Below, one piece after another: positions 1 through 9,518 of a stretch of DNA of 64,000 bases (the stretch's first letter is position 1; every line of letters begins with the position of its first letter). Location: the NCBI GenBank assembly GCA_963701965.1, contig OY969695.1:1152001-1216000 (forward strand). Direction: 5' to 3'. The notes under the pieces are model-generated. The model did no database searches, was not told the origin of the DNA, and was given only the letters and a program-made list of their open reading frames with translations. This stretch comes from an uncultured Gemmatimonadales bacterium (lineage in GTDB: Bacteria; Gemmatimonadota; Gemmatimonadetes; Gemmatimonadales; Gemmatimonadaceae). The translations under genes and the position numbers were made by a program.

Positions 1-96
1 CGCCGTGAAGTACTGCGCCGACGATCCGCTGCGCGCGCGCACGGCGAGCAGCAGTCCCATCAAGATCACGACCGCGAGGGCCGACAGCCACCGCAT
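1..96 (-). CDS. 5' end of a probable efflux periplasmic adaptor subunit (MacA/HlyD-like), runs off the window
   Basis: Manual translation from ATG at 96: MRWLSALAVVILMGLLLAVRARSGSSAQYFTA (membrane anchor then QYFTA); starts 13 nt after the MacB-type permease stop. Confidence 0.5.
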   Translation of the reverse strand, partial: MRWLSALAVVILMGLLLAVRARSGSSAQYFTA

Positions 97-109
97 TTTT
101 CCCGGCACC

Positions 110-1327
110 TTATTCATAGCGCAGCGCGTCGATGGGATCGAGGAGCGACGCCTTGCGCGCCGGATAGTAGCCAAAGAACACGCCAATGGCGACCGAGAAC
201 ACCACGGCGAGGACGACCGCTTGCGGCGCGAAGGCCATCGGCCACCCCATCGCCCGGCCACCCACGGTCGACGCCAGGACGCCCAGCAGGACACCGGCCG
301 CGCCGCCCACGAGACTCAGCATGACGGACTCGCCAAGAAACTGCAGTTGGATCGCTTCCTCGGTCGCGCCGACCGCGACGCGGACGCCGATCTCGCGCGT
401 CCGTTCGGTCACCGAGACGAGCATGACGTTCATGATACCGATGCCGCCGACCACGAGCGAAATCGACGCGATCGCGACGAGGAGAACGGTCAAGGTGCGA
501 CTCGCTTCGAGTTGCGCTTTGATGATGTCTTCCGGATTCCGAATGCTGAAATCATCCGGTTCCTCGGGACGGAGATGGTGACGGTCGCGCAGCAGAGCCG
601 CGGCCTGCAGTCCGGCAGGCTTGACGGCGTCTTGCGAGATCGCCGAGCATACAATGTCGTCCAGCCAAGAAATGCCTTTGATCTTCTTCTGGACAGTCGT
701 GTAGGGCAGGATGACCGTGTCGTCCTGATCCTGCCCCGAGAGGGCGAGCCCTTTGGGCTCGAGCGTGGCGACGACCTGGCACGGCAGGCCGGCTATGCGC
801 ATGACTTTCCCGATCGGATTGTCGGTGCCGAACAGTTGGTCGCGCACGGTTCGGCCGATCACGCAGACATCGGCGGCCCGCTCCACGTCTTCCGCCGAGA
901 AGATGGCTCCCTGATCGACGAACCAGCGCTTGATCTCGAAGTATTCCGGCGCCACGCCCCGATACGACGTAAACCAGTTCTGGTTGCCGTAGATGATCTG
1001 GCTCGACCCGTCGACGTTGGGGGAGACGCTCTTGACGATCGGAATCTGATTCTTGATCGCCACCGCGTCGGCCAGCGTCAGCGTATTCACGCCATGCGTT
1101 CCCGTCCGCACGCCATTGACCGCGCGGCCGCCTTCCTCGATCCAGACGAAATTATCGCCAAGATTGTTCAGTTGCTGCTCGACGCGCGCCTGGCCCGCCT
1201 TTCCGATCGCGACGACACAAATGACGGCTGCGATGCCGATCGTGATTCCGAGAACGGTCAGGAGGCTGCGCAGTTTGTTTCTGAGCAGGGCCCACACCGC
1301 CGATCCTAACAACGCCCGATAATACAT
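110..1327 (-). CDS. MacB/FtsX-family ABC transporter permease
   Basis: [66 protein letters not shown]; start trimmed to MYYRALL. Confidence 0.93.
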   Translation of the reverse strand: MYYRALLGSAVWALLRNKLRSLLTVLGITIGIAAVICVVAIGKAGQARVEQQLNNLGDNFVWIEEGGRAVNGVRTGTHGVNTLTLADAVAIKNQIPIVKSVSPNVDGSSQIIYGNQNWFTSYRGVAPEYFEIKRWFVDQGAIFSAEDVERAADVCVIGRTVRDQLFGTDNPIGKVMRIAGLPCQVVATLEPKGLALSGQDQDDTVILPYTTVQKKIKGISWLDDIVCSAISQDAVKPAGLQAAALLRDRHHLRPEEPDDFSIRNPEDIIKAQLEASRTLTVLLVAIASISLVVGGIGIMNVMLVSVTERTREIGVRVAVGATEEAIQLQFLGESVMLSLVGGAAGVLLGVLASTVGGRAMGWPMAFAPQAVVLAVVFSVAIGVFFGYYPARKASLLDPIDALRYE

Positions 1328-1345
1328 TGATGCAAAGTGTACGAT

Positions 1346-1378
1346 TTGCCCCCTGTCACCAACGTGACACGGGGGCAA
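1346..1378. promoter_or_regulatory. Inverted repeat (operator or hairpin) just upstream of the permease
   Basis: TTGCCCCCTGTCAC-caac-GTGACAcGGGGGCAA: 14-bp arms with one bulged C. Confidence 0.45.
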
Positions 1379-1456
1379 GCGAGCCATCGTCCGCGACTGC
1401 AACCATCGCGGACGATCGTCATCTCGTTTGTTGCGCGCGACTTAGCCGGTTGTCGC

Positions 1457-1885
1457 CTACGCCGCCTGCAGGAGGCGATTACAGGCCTCCTCGCAGCGGC
1501 GGCAGACCTCGGCGCACAGGCGACAGTGCTCGTGGTGGCTGGCGTGTCGCTGGCATTCCGCGGCGCAGGTGCGGCAGACGCGGGCACAGGCCATGACCTG
1601 GGCGCGGCACACATCGAGATCCATCTCGGTCTGCCGCGTGGTGACTTGTCGCGTCGCCTCGCATACCACGGCGCAGTCGAGACAGAGACGGACGCACTTG
1701 ATCATCTCCGCCACATCCGGCTCGCCCAGCAATGCATCGGCGCACGCCGTACACACTTGCTCACATTCCACGCAGGCCTCGATACAGTCTATGAGCGCGG
1801 TCTCGTCGACTTCGCGAGCCGGCTTGCGCGGATGCAGATCCAGCATCTGCCGAATCAGGCGCTCGGTGCTTTGCATGGTGGCCAT
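1457..1885 (-). CDS. Four-helix bundle Cys-rich copper-storage protein (DUF326/Csp3-like)
   Basis: Repeated CxxxCxxC motifs (CIEACVECEQVCTACADA, CARVCRTCAAEC, HEHCRLCAEVCRRCEEAC); no signal peptide. Confidence 0.88.
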   Translation of the reverse strand: MATMQSTERLIRQMLDLHPRKPAREVDETALIDCIEACVECEQVCTACADALLGEPDVAEMIKCVRLCLDCAVVCEATRQVTTRQTEMDLDVCRAQVMACARVCRTCAAECQRHASHHEHCRLCAEVCRRCEEACNRLLQAA

Positions 1886-1908
1886 CGAAGGGTCCTCGCG
1901 TGTGGCGT

Positions 1909-2745
1909 CTATGACGGCAATGTCGTCGCCGCGGTGATGAGTGTCGCGATCTCGCCGAATCGCATCCCATGCGAGGCCGAGGCGAGATCCCCGTCGGCCA
2001 GTTGCTTCGCGGCCGAGCGCAGGTCGGCCATGACGCGCGTGTAGAGCGACACGCCCATGCTGACGCGCTTGACGCCGGCCTTTCGCAGCTCGGCCCAGGC
2101 CACGGCGCCCGCCATGGTCCCGACGACGACGTTGACGGGCTTGGGGGCGACGGCCTTCACGATGGCCCGCACCGCATCCATGTCCGGCGGAAACGGCGCG
2201 TACAGCACGTCGGCACCGACTTCGGCAAAGGCGGTGAGCCGCCGGATCGTATCGTCCAGATCGTTACGACCCTGCAGGAAATTGTCCGTGCGCCCGGTCA
2301 AGACCAGGCGACCCTTGGCCGCCTTCGCCGCGGCGCGCACCCGATCGACCGCCTCGTCGAACGGTCGGATGGGATGCTTCGGGTTGGCGGACGTATCCTC
2401 AATGCCAATGCCGGCCAGACCCGCCGCGATCGCCGCTTCGACCGTGGCCGCGACATCGCTGGGCCCCGCCCCGTACCCGTCCTCGAAGTCGCCGTTCACC
2501 GGGAGATCCGTGAGACGGCCGATCAACTGTGCGTTCGCAATGTGATCGTCGCGGCTCACTTGATGGTGTCCGTCCAAGCGGCCCAGCGCGGAGGCCAGCG
2601 CAGCCGAGGATGTGCCGAGGGCCTGGAAGCCGGCCTGCTTGAGCAGGAGCGCCGAGGTGCCGTCCCAGGCATTCGGCATGATAAAGCCCCCCTCGTGCTG
2701 ATGCAGCGCGAGGAAGCGTTCGTAGTGGGCGCGTTGGGTCGTCAT
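1909..2745 (-). CDS. Isocitrate lyase/PEP mutase family protein
   Basis: MPNAWD, ALGTSS, PVNGDFEDGYG, GIGIED, GADVLYAP motifs. Confidence 0.9.
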   Translation of the reverse strand: MTTQRAHYERFLALHQHEGGFIMPNAWDGTSALLLKQAGFQALGTSSAALASALGRLDGHHQVSRDDHIANAQLIGRLTDLPVNGDFEDGYGAGPSDVAATVEAAIAAGLAGIGIEDTSANPKHPIRPFDEAVDRVRAAAKAAKGRLVLTGRTDNFLQGRNDLDDTIRRLTAFAEVGADVLYAPFPPDMDAVRAIVKAVAPKPVNVVVGTMAGAVAWAELRKAGVKRVSMGVSLYTRVMADLRSAAKQLADGDLASASHGMRFGEIATLITAATTLPS

Positions 2746-2930
2746 GGCCGGAAATGTATTTCGTTCACGAGGCGACCGCTGAATCGGTCATACGTCAGCG
2801 AGCGTGCTCGACCGGTGGTATCGCGCGCGATGGTCACCGTCTGCCAGTAAGCGCGGTCGACGAAGCGGTCGCGGGCGAGCGGGATGAGCGGCATCGAGTC
2901 GCCAGACGGCCAGCGCAGGTAGAGCGATGC

Positions 2931-2957
2931 GCGCCGGGACCCAAAGGATCCCGGCGC
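2931..2957 (-). terminator. GC-rich hairpin downstream of the LVIVD gene, possible terminator
   Basis: GCGCCGGGA...TCCCGGCGC perfect 9-bp stem 20 nt after the stop; no U-tract. Confidence 0.3.
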
Positions 2958-2977
2958 CGCATCGAAACAGGGTCGGC

Positions 2978-4906
2978 TTACGCCTTGGCCGCCATGTCCT
3001 GCACACACTTCTGCAGCAAGCGCACGCGCTTGGCGTCGCTCGCGTTCTTCCCATCGTTCTGGAGCTCCGTGGCCAGCTTTTGGAGCGCGCTGGTGCGCGC
3101 GGCGCCCGAAGCCTTCTGGGCGCTGTGGAGCGCGCTGGCGATCGCGGTCGTCCGGGCTTCCGGCAGGCCGTTGTCACGCGCGAGTTGGTCGACGTAGGCC
3201 AACGCGACCGGGAACGCCGCGGGCCAGACGAAATGCGGCTGGCTCTGCGGGTTGTACTGTGAGAACTGCACGAGCCTCGCGGCGTCGATCTCGTTCTGCG
3301 TGAGATCCGCCGTCGGCGTCAGCTTGAGAACATCGAGACCGCGAGCGATCTCGGAAGCGTACAGGTAACCGTTGTACCAGTACGTGCCCCAGTAGCCGGC
3401 GATGACGAGTTGGTTGGCGTCGACAGGGCCGCGATCGAAGTACGCGATCTCCTTCGGGTGACGGGGATCCGTCCAGTCGATGATCGACGCGCCGCCCTGG
3501 TACCAGCCTTGGGCCATGATGTCGCGACCCGGCACCGGAATCAGCCCGCCGTTGTGGGCGACGCAGTTTTCGGTCTCCGTCTGAGCGGCGGGCAACTTGT
3601 AGTAGCCCACTTCGTCCATCTCGCTGCCCTTGAGCGTGATGATCCGGTCCGCGCCCCAGTGATTGGGATCCGACGCCCGGCACTTGGGCTGCGTACCACC
3701 ACCCCACTCGTCGGTAAAGAGGACCTTGGTCGCGTCATTGTTGAACGTGGCCGAGTGCCAGAACGCGAAGTTCGAGTCCGCGGCGGCATTCAAGCGCACC
3801 GGGTGCAACGGATCCTTGATGTTGAGCAGGATGCCGTAGCCGGAGCAGGCGCCGCCCGCGACGTTCATGGCCGGGTAGACCGTGATATCGTGGCACTGCG
3901 ACGGACCCGTCGGGTGGAACATGTCCGGCGGGAGGTTGATGTTGATGCCGGTCGTGTGGAGCTGCGAGACCACGTTGCTCAGCTTCGCGCTATCGCCCCG
4001 GGCGGTCTGAAGATCCAGGAACAGGTGCGCGATCTTCGCCGTGTCCGCGGACGTGGCGGTCGCCGGAACCATCGAGGCGTAGCGGCGCGGGATGCGCAGC
4101 CCGGCACCGTTCGCCGTGTCAGCGTAGGCCAGGCCGTGCCCGCGCACCGCCGTCAGGTCCGCGAAGACCCGGGCGCGGCTCACGATCTTGGCCTGTTCGG
4201 GATGCGCGAGCGGCACCCGGATGACCTCGACGCGGAACAGGGCGCTCTGCGCGTCATTCGCGTCGCCGGTCGCGACACACTCGCCCATCTCTCCTTGGGA
4301 GCGGACGCGGGCCAGGCCCGAGACATAGACGTAGACGACGCTCTTGTCCGTCGGATCAGGCACCAGCGTGTGCGTGTGCGATCCACGGCACGTCTGCACG
4401 TCGGCGACTTGCTTCGGCTGCGTCGGGTTGGAGATATCGAAAATGCGGATGCCGACCATGCGCTCTTTGCTGACGGAGTCTTTCAGTCCTTCCGTACTGC
4501 AGTCCAACCGACTGCCGCCATTTTCGGCCGACACGAAGAGCAGGTGGCCCCAGATCGAGACGTCACCCTGCTCCGTGAAGCAGAGCTCGGCGTGCGTCAG
4601 GGTCGGCTTGAGCGGATTGGCGACATCCCAGATCTGGAAGCCGCTGAAATTACCCTGGTACACATAGTGGCCACCGAACGCCAAATCCGAATTCGCGTAC
4701 GTGAGTCCGCCCGGGGCGTCCGGGTGGAACATGGCGTCCTTGTGGACATTCGCGACGAGCGCCAAGCCTTTGGCGGCAACGCCGGCATCATAGAGGCCGG
4801 GCTTGAGGTGGGCGCGCGGGTCGGTGGTGTCCGACTGCGCGAGCGCTGCGGTGGCCAGAGCCAGCGGCGCGAGCGCGAGGAGGAAAGTCGTCTGGCGTCG
4901 TGTCAT
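2978..4906 (-). CDS. Secreted LVIVD-repeat (beta-propeller) protein
   Basis: Signal peptide MTRRQTTFLLALAPLALATAALA; NSDLAF, QGDVS, VQTCRGSHTHT, CHDITVYP, FWHSATFNND, CVAHNG motifs; ATGA overlap with the DUF305 gene. Confidence 0.85.
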   Translation of the reverse strand: MTRRQTTFLLALAPLALATAALAQSDTTDPRAHLKPGLYDAGVAAKGLALVANVHKDAMFHPDAPGGLTYANSDLAFGGHYVYQGNFSGFQIWDVANPLKPTLTHAELCFTEQGDVSIWGHLLFVSAENGGSRLDCSTEGLKDSVSKERMVGIRIFDISNPTQPKQVADVQTCRGSHTHTLVPDPTDKSVVYVYVSGLARVRSQGEMGECVATGDANDAQSALFRVEVIRVPLAHPEQAKIVSRARVFADLTAVRGHGLAYADTANGAGLRIPRRYASMVPATATSADTAKIAHLFLDLQTARGDSAKLSNVVSQLHTTGININLPPDMFHPTGPSQCHDITVYPAMNVAGGACSGYGILLNIKDPLHPVRLNAAADSNFAFWHSATFNNDATKVLFTDEWGGGTQPKCRASDPNHWGADRIITLKGSEMDEVGYYKLPAAQTETENCVAHNGGLIPVPGRDIMAQGWYQGGASIIDWTDPRHPKEIAYFDRGPVDANQLVIAGYWGTYWYNGYLYASEIARGLDVLKLTPTADLTQNEIDAARLVQFSQYNPQSQPHFVWPAAFPVALAYVDQLARDNGLPEARTTAIASALHSAQKASGAARTSALQKLATELQNDGKNASDAKRVRLLQKCVQDMAAKA

Positions 4907-5553
4907 GAGGGGTGAGTGGAGTTGAGCTTCTGCAAGATGGCCTGCATGCGTGCGATCTCGACCCGCTGTCCGGAATCGACATCGGTAGCCAGTCCGAAGA
5001 GGTCGGACTGCTGCCCGCCGCCAGGGCTCGCGAAGAGATCCGCGACCATAGCGATGGCGCCTTGGTGGTGCTTGATCATCCCGGTCAGATACAGCCGATC
5101 GAACTCCGCACCGTGCGCCGCATCCAGCTGGCGCATCTGATCGGCCGTCAGCATCCCATTCATCATCATCATGGGTCCCGTGCCCATGTCCATACCGGGC
5201 ATGTGCATCGGGCTCGTGTCGACTATGGGGCCCTTTGCGTGCGACGCCATGTGCAGTGGATCGGGCGCGGGCAGACCGCGCTGCCGGAGCCAATTCTGCA
5301 TCACCGTGATCTCGTCGCGTTGCGACAGGGCGATGCGCCCGCACAGGGTCACCAGATCAGGGCTCGCGCCATGCGTCGTCGCCCAATCTGACATGACGAC
5401 CGCTTGGGCGTGGTGCATGATCATGCCCTGCATGAACTCGACGTCGCCTTTCGTAAAATCCGTGGGCCCGGATCCGGTCTGGGCCTGGACCCGGGCCCCG
5501 CCGGCGCATAGTGCAACTGCCGCAATGGCGATACGCAGTGGCAGCACTTTCAT
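4903..5553 (-). CDS. DUF305 (ferritin-like, CopM-like) exported protein
   Basis: DVEFMQGMIMHHAQAVVM and LYLTGMIKHHQGAIAM; Met-rich linker; signal peptide. Confidence 0.9.
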   Translation of the reverse strand: MKVLPLRIAIAAVALCAGGARVQAQTGSGPTDFTKGDVEFMQGMIMHHAQAVVMSDWATTHGASPDLVTLCGRIALSQRDEITVMQNWLRQRGLPAPDPLHMASHAKGPIVDTSPMHMPGMDMGTGPMMMMNGMLTADQMRQLDAAHGAEFDRLYLTGMIKHHQGAIAMVADLFASPGGGQQSDLFGLATDVDSGQRVEIARMQAILQKLNSTHPS

Positions 5554-5703
5554 GCATGTAGACATCACGCCTCTAGAACGCGTTCGCTACAGGAATTGTT
5601 GGGAAATCGTTTGGAACCAATAGATCCGGAAGCGTTTCGGACAAACTGACGATTTTTGATCGTCGCATACATTACGAGCGACTTCCAGGAGAGGGCTTTC
5701 CCG

Positions 5704-7293
5704 ATGGTCCGAGCGCTCACCGGCTTGGTCGAGCAGGTCGTGTCGGCATCCGGCGAGCCCGAAGAGGCCCGGCGTCGCAAGGTTCAGTTCACGCTTGCGT
5801 CCATCCTCGTAGTGCCGGCCGGCCTCATCTGGGGCGCGCTCTACTTCGCGAATGGGGAGCGCGCGGTCGCGGCGATCCCCACGGCCTACGCGGTCTTGAC
5901 CGCGCTGGATGTGGCACTGCTCCTGGCGATCCGGCGTTACACCCTGTTTCGGCGAGTTCAGCAGTTTCTGATTCTGGGGCTGCCGATCGCACTGCAGCTG
6001 GCGCTCGGGGGCTTCGTCGGTGGCAGCGTCGTGATTCTTTGGGCGTTCCTGGCCGTGTTGCAGGGCGCGTTGTTCGGGGAGGGGCGCGAGCCGCTGTGGT
6101 GGTTCGGTGCCTACGTCCTGGCGGTCATCGTGGTGGCGATCCTTCAGCCGAACATCGTCGTACGGAACCACCTGCCCGCCTGGCTCATCCTCGGCTTTTA
6201 CGTGCTGAACGTGGTGACGGTGTCTTCCGTGGCGTTCGTCATCCTCTACTCCTTCGTCACCGATCGGCGCCGGTTGCGCGAGCTGGAGGTGGCGTACCTC
6301 AAGCAAGACCTGACGCTCCGCCAGGCCGAGAAGTTGGCGACCCTGGGCACGCTGGCCGCCGGAGTGGCGCATGAGCTGAACAATCCGGCGGCGGCGACGC
6401 GGCGGGCGGCCGACCAACTGCGGGAGGCGTTCGCGAGCCTGGAACAGGCGCATCTGCGCCTGCAGTCAGTCACGTTGACGAGCGAGGGTCGCCAGGCGCT
6501 GCGGTCGCTCGAGTCCGAGATCCGCGCCGGCGCGGCGCGACAGCCCGAGCTCGACGCGTTGGCGCGGTCGGACCGGAGCGCCCAGGTGGAGGAATGGCTG
6601 GATGCGCGGGGCGTGCCGGAGGCGTGGGATCTGGCGCCGATGCTCGTTGACGCGGGCTTGGGGACCGCGGAGCTCTTACCGTTGGCGGCCGTGCTCGACG
6701 GCGACGCGCTGGCGGCCGCCCTCACGTGGGCGGCGAGCGCTATTCCTGTCTATGGATTGCTCCGCGACATCGGCCAGGGATCCACACGCATCTCGGATAT
6801 CGTGGGAGCGCTCAAGACCTACACATACCTGGGGCAGGCGCCGGTGCAGGCCGTCAATGTGCACGCGGGCCTCGACACGACGGTGACGATGCTACACAAC
6901 CGGCTGCGCGATGGCATCACGGTCGTGCGCGACTATGACCCCGAGTTGCCAGCGGTGCCGGGACATGGCAGCGAGCTCAATCAGGTGTGGACGAGCCTTC
7001 TGGAAAATGCCGTGGATGCCGTGGCCGAACACGGCGCGATCACGATTCGCACGCGGCGGACGGACGGGTGGGCGGTCGTCGACATCGAAGACGACGGCCC
7101 GGGGATACCCCCGTCAGTGCAGCCGCGCGTCTTCGATCCTTTCTTCACGACCAAACCACCCGGCAAGGGCGCGGGGCTTGGGTTGTCCGTCAGTCACAGC
7201 ATCATCACGGACAAGCACAAGGGCACGATTGCGCTGGAATCCCGGCCCGGGCTCACCCGATTCACCGTGCGGTTGCCGCTCGTCGCGACCTGA
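5704..7293 (+). CDS. Membrane sensor histidine kinase
   Basis: About six N-terminal TM helices; LAAGVAHELNNP H-box; ENAVDA, DDGPGI, FFTTK, GAGLGL boxes. Confidence 0.9.
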   Translation: MVRALTGLVEQVVSASGEPEEARRRKVQFTLASILVVPAGLIWGALYFANGERAVAAIPTAYAVLTALDVALLLAIRRYTLFRRVQQFLILGLPIALQLALGGFVGGSVVILWAFLAVLQGALFGEGREPLWWFGAYVLAVIVVAILQPNIVVRNHLPAWLILGFYVLNVVTVSSVAFVILYSFVTDRRRLRELEVAYLKQDLTLRQAEKLATLGTLAAGVAHELNNPAAATRRAADQLREAFASLEQAHLRLQSVTLTSEGRQALRSLESEIRAGAARQPELDALARSDRSAQVEEWLDARGVPEAWDLAPMLVDAGLGTAELLPLAAVLDGDALAAALTWAASAIPVYGLLRDIGQGSTRISDIVGALKTYTYLGQAPVQAVNVHAGLDTTVTMLHNRLRDGITVVRDYDPELPAVPGHGSELNQVWTSLLENAVDAVAEHGAITIRTRRTDGWAVVDIEDDGPGIPPSVQPRVFDPFFTTKPPGKGAGLGLSVSHSIITDKHKGTIALESRPGLTRFTVRLPLVAT

Positions 7294-7335
7294 TGGCGCG
7301 CCGTGGGCGCGCGCTTTGCGGGACACCGTCTGGTC

Positions 7336-7821
7336 ATGCGACCCTATACGCCCGGCGGTGTCGGGATCGGTCTCCTGTGTATGATGGCTTGTGGAGGCGG
7401 AGACAAGTCGGCGAGTAGCAGCGCCGGCAATACGACGAGCACGGCGGCGCCGTCACCGGCGCCGGCGCCCTCGGCCGCGGCGCCGGGGAAGACCATCGAC
7501 GTCAAGATGGTGGGCGATACCAAGGGCTACCGGTTCGATCCGGCCACCATCACCGTCACGGTAGGTGATGGGGTGCGGTTCACGAACGTCAGTGGCGGGC
7601 CGCACGACGTGACGTTCTGGTCGGACAGCATTCCGGCGGGCGCGCAGCAGGTGCTTCAGGCCAACATGCCAGCGACGACGGCGCCGCTGACAGGGCCTCT
7701 CCTGATCTCGCCGAATGACACGTACGTGGTGTCGTTCGCCGGGGCGAAGCCTGGCGCGTACCACTTCTATTGCACGCCGCACTTGGCTCTGGGGATGCGC
7801 GGCACACTGACCGTGCAGTAG
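7336..7821 (+). CDS. Plastocyanin/azurin-family blue copper lipoprotein
   Basis: Lipobox-like MMAC-GGG; type-1 copper ligands GGPH...YCTPHLALGM. Confidence 0.9.
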   Translation: MRPYTPGGVGIGLLCMMACGGGDKSASSSAGNTTSTAAPSPAPAPSAAAPGKTIDVKMVGDTKGYRFDPATITVTVGDGVRFTNVSGGPHDVTFWSDSIPAGAQQVLQANMPATTAPLTGPLLISPNDTYVVSFAGAKPGAYHFYCTPHLALGMRGTLTVQ

Positions 7822-7901
7822 CCGCTGATCGTTCGCCGATGCCGTTGCGCGTGGGCCGCAGTCGTGTAGCATCGCCCGTGTGAATTCTGGGACCGTCCCA
7901 G

Positions 7902-8872
7902 TTGGCCGAGGGACGGGGGGGTTGTCATCGCGGTGCTCGCGCGGCGTGTCCCCCTCGACAGAGGAACGCCCCTTGCACCGCGCGTCGAGCCATCGTGTGG
8001 TCATCGACGATCGCCACGCTCCCGCAGTGGATCAGTACGCTCGCCGATGCGCTACCGGTGGGCGTGGCCATCGCGCGCGCGCAGGATGGAGAGCTCCTTT
8101 ACGCGAACGAGCAGCTGACCGCCACGCTGGGCGCGGACGGCGCGATGGCGGCACCTGAGGCGTGGCACACGTTCTGGAGCGACGTGAGGGCGCGGGCGGT
8201 CCTGCGCCTCGCGATGGATCGTGATGGCGTGCGGGACGTGGCGCTTCGCCATCGGCGGCTCGATGGCTCGTCTGTCGACATGATGGCCTCCGTCCAGCGC
8301 GTGCGGTACGGGGCGGAAGACGCGCTGCTCACGACGCTGGTGGACGTGACGCCGCAACGGCGCATCGAACGGGAGCTCGAAGACGCCGAGCGGCAGGCCT
8401 GGCTGCTGCGGCGCTCGATCAGACGCCGCGGCAGTTGGTCAATGTGCGCGTCGGGCTCGAGGCAACGCTCGTCATGATGCGGCGCAAGCTGACCGCCGGA
8501 CTGACGGTGCGCCGCGAGTACGCGGATGCGCTACCCGCCGTGGTGGCGAACGGCGGCGAGCTCAATCTCGTGTGGACCAGTGTGATCGAGAACGCCGTCG
8601 AGGCCTTGGGGGAACAGGGGACCATCACCGTCCGCGCGCTGCATGAAGGGGAGGAAGTCATCGTGCGTATCGAGGATGACGGACCTGGTATCCCGCCGAC
8701 TATCCTCCCGCGGGTATTCGATCCCTTCTTTACCACCAAGGCTCCAGGCACCGGCGCCGGGCTCGGCCTCTCGATGAGCTACAGCCTCGTCGTCGAGCAG
8801 CACTACGGGCGCATGGCGATCGAGTCGGTGCCGGGGTGTACCTGCGTGACGGTCGCTCTTCCGTTGGGGTAA
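7902..8872 (+). pseudogene. PAS domain plus HATPase_c, frameshifted near 8395-8400, no HisKA
   Basis: ORF 7902-8477 is PAS-like (LLYANEQL...DVTPQRRIERE); ORF 8435-8872 has ENAVEA, DDGPGI, FFTTK, GAGLGL; start uncertain. Confidence 0.65.
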
Positions 8873-9014
8873 CGCCTGTCGGCGTTGCGCGAGATGCAAG
8901 CGTACCAAGGGCCACTCGCGGAGAAGCAGGACTCGGGGCAAGCTATTAGGACTTGACTTCGTTGCGCTGGCGGGTCGAGCAAGGTCGAGGGCGATTACGA
9001 CACAGGAGAAGGAT

Positions 9015-9518
9015 ATGGGCACTGGCGAAGCTCATGGTCGCAAGGGGTCGCCGAAGCAATCCGAGATGTCTGCCACCACGGAGACGGCGACGAAGCTCGT
9101 TTCGTTCACGATAAATGCACAGACCGCTCGAGTCGTCAAGCTCGAGGGCTTGGATCCCGGCGGCGGGCGCCATGAGCTCTCTGACGATGAGAAGGCCAGT
9201 CTGGCCGAGGACGTCAAAGCGGACCCGATCGAGGAAGCGCTCGAGCAGGCGTTCGAGGCTGGGATCGCCTGCGTGCTGGACACCGAAGTGCCGCTAGACC
9301 GATCGAGCGAGTCGGCTGAGGACGCGGAACTCCGACATCTCCTCCTCACGCCACTCATCGCCCAGAGCCCGGCCAAGCGTTGGATGGAGCGCGAGGTCCT
9401 GAATCGCGTCATTCTGGAAACGTTGATCGAACACTCGATGGATCAGCGCGCGGCGTCAGACCGGACGACCTCAACCTCACGAAACGATCCGCACGACACC
9501 CAGGAGGATTCTGTATGA
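9015..9518 (+). CDS. Acidic hypothetical protein, translationally coupled to the repeat protein
   Basis: CAGGAGAAGGAT RBS before the ATG; ATGA overlap with the next gene. Confidence 0.75.
   Translation: MGTGEAHGRKGSPKQSEMSATTETATKLVSFTINAQTARVVKLEGLDPGGGRHELSDDEKASLAEDVKADPIEEALEQAFEAGIACVLDTEVPLDRSSESAEDAELRHLLLTPLIAQSPAKRWMEREVLNRVILETLIEHSMDQRAASDRTTSTSRNDPHDTQEDSV

Noticed and set aside
5..1309. Long antisense ORFs (also 3410-4915, 11687-12931, 18470-19864, 19916-21424, 24532-26052, 54687-56669)
   Set aside because: Shadow frames of recognisable genes on the opposite strand, expected at this GC content
4907..5344. N-terminal extension of the LVIVD ORF
   Set aside because: Overlaps the DUF305 gene in another frame; the signal peptide and ATGA overlap place the start at 4906
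9380..9514. Longer start for the repeat protein
   Set aside because: Overlaps the upstream gene; RBS CAGGAGGA and the ATGA overlap support 9515
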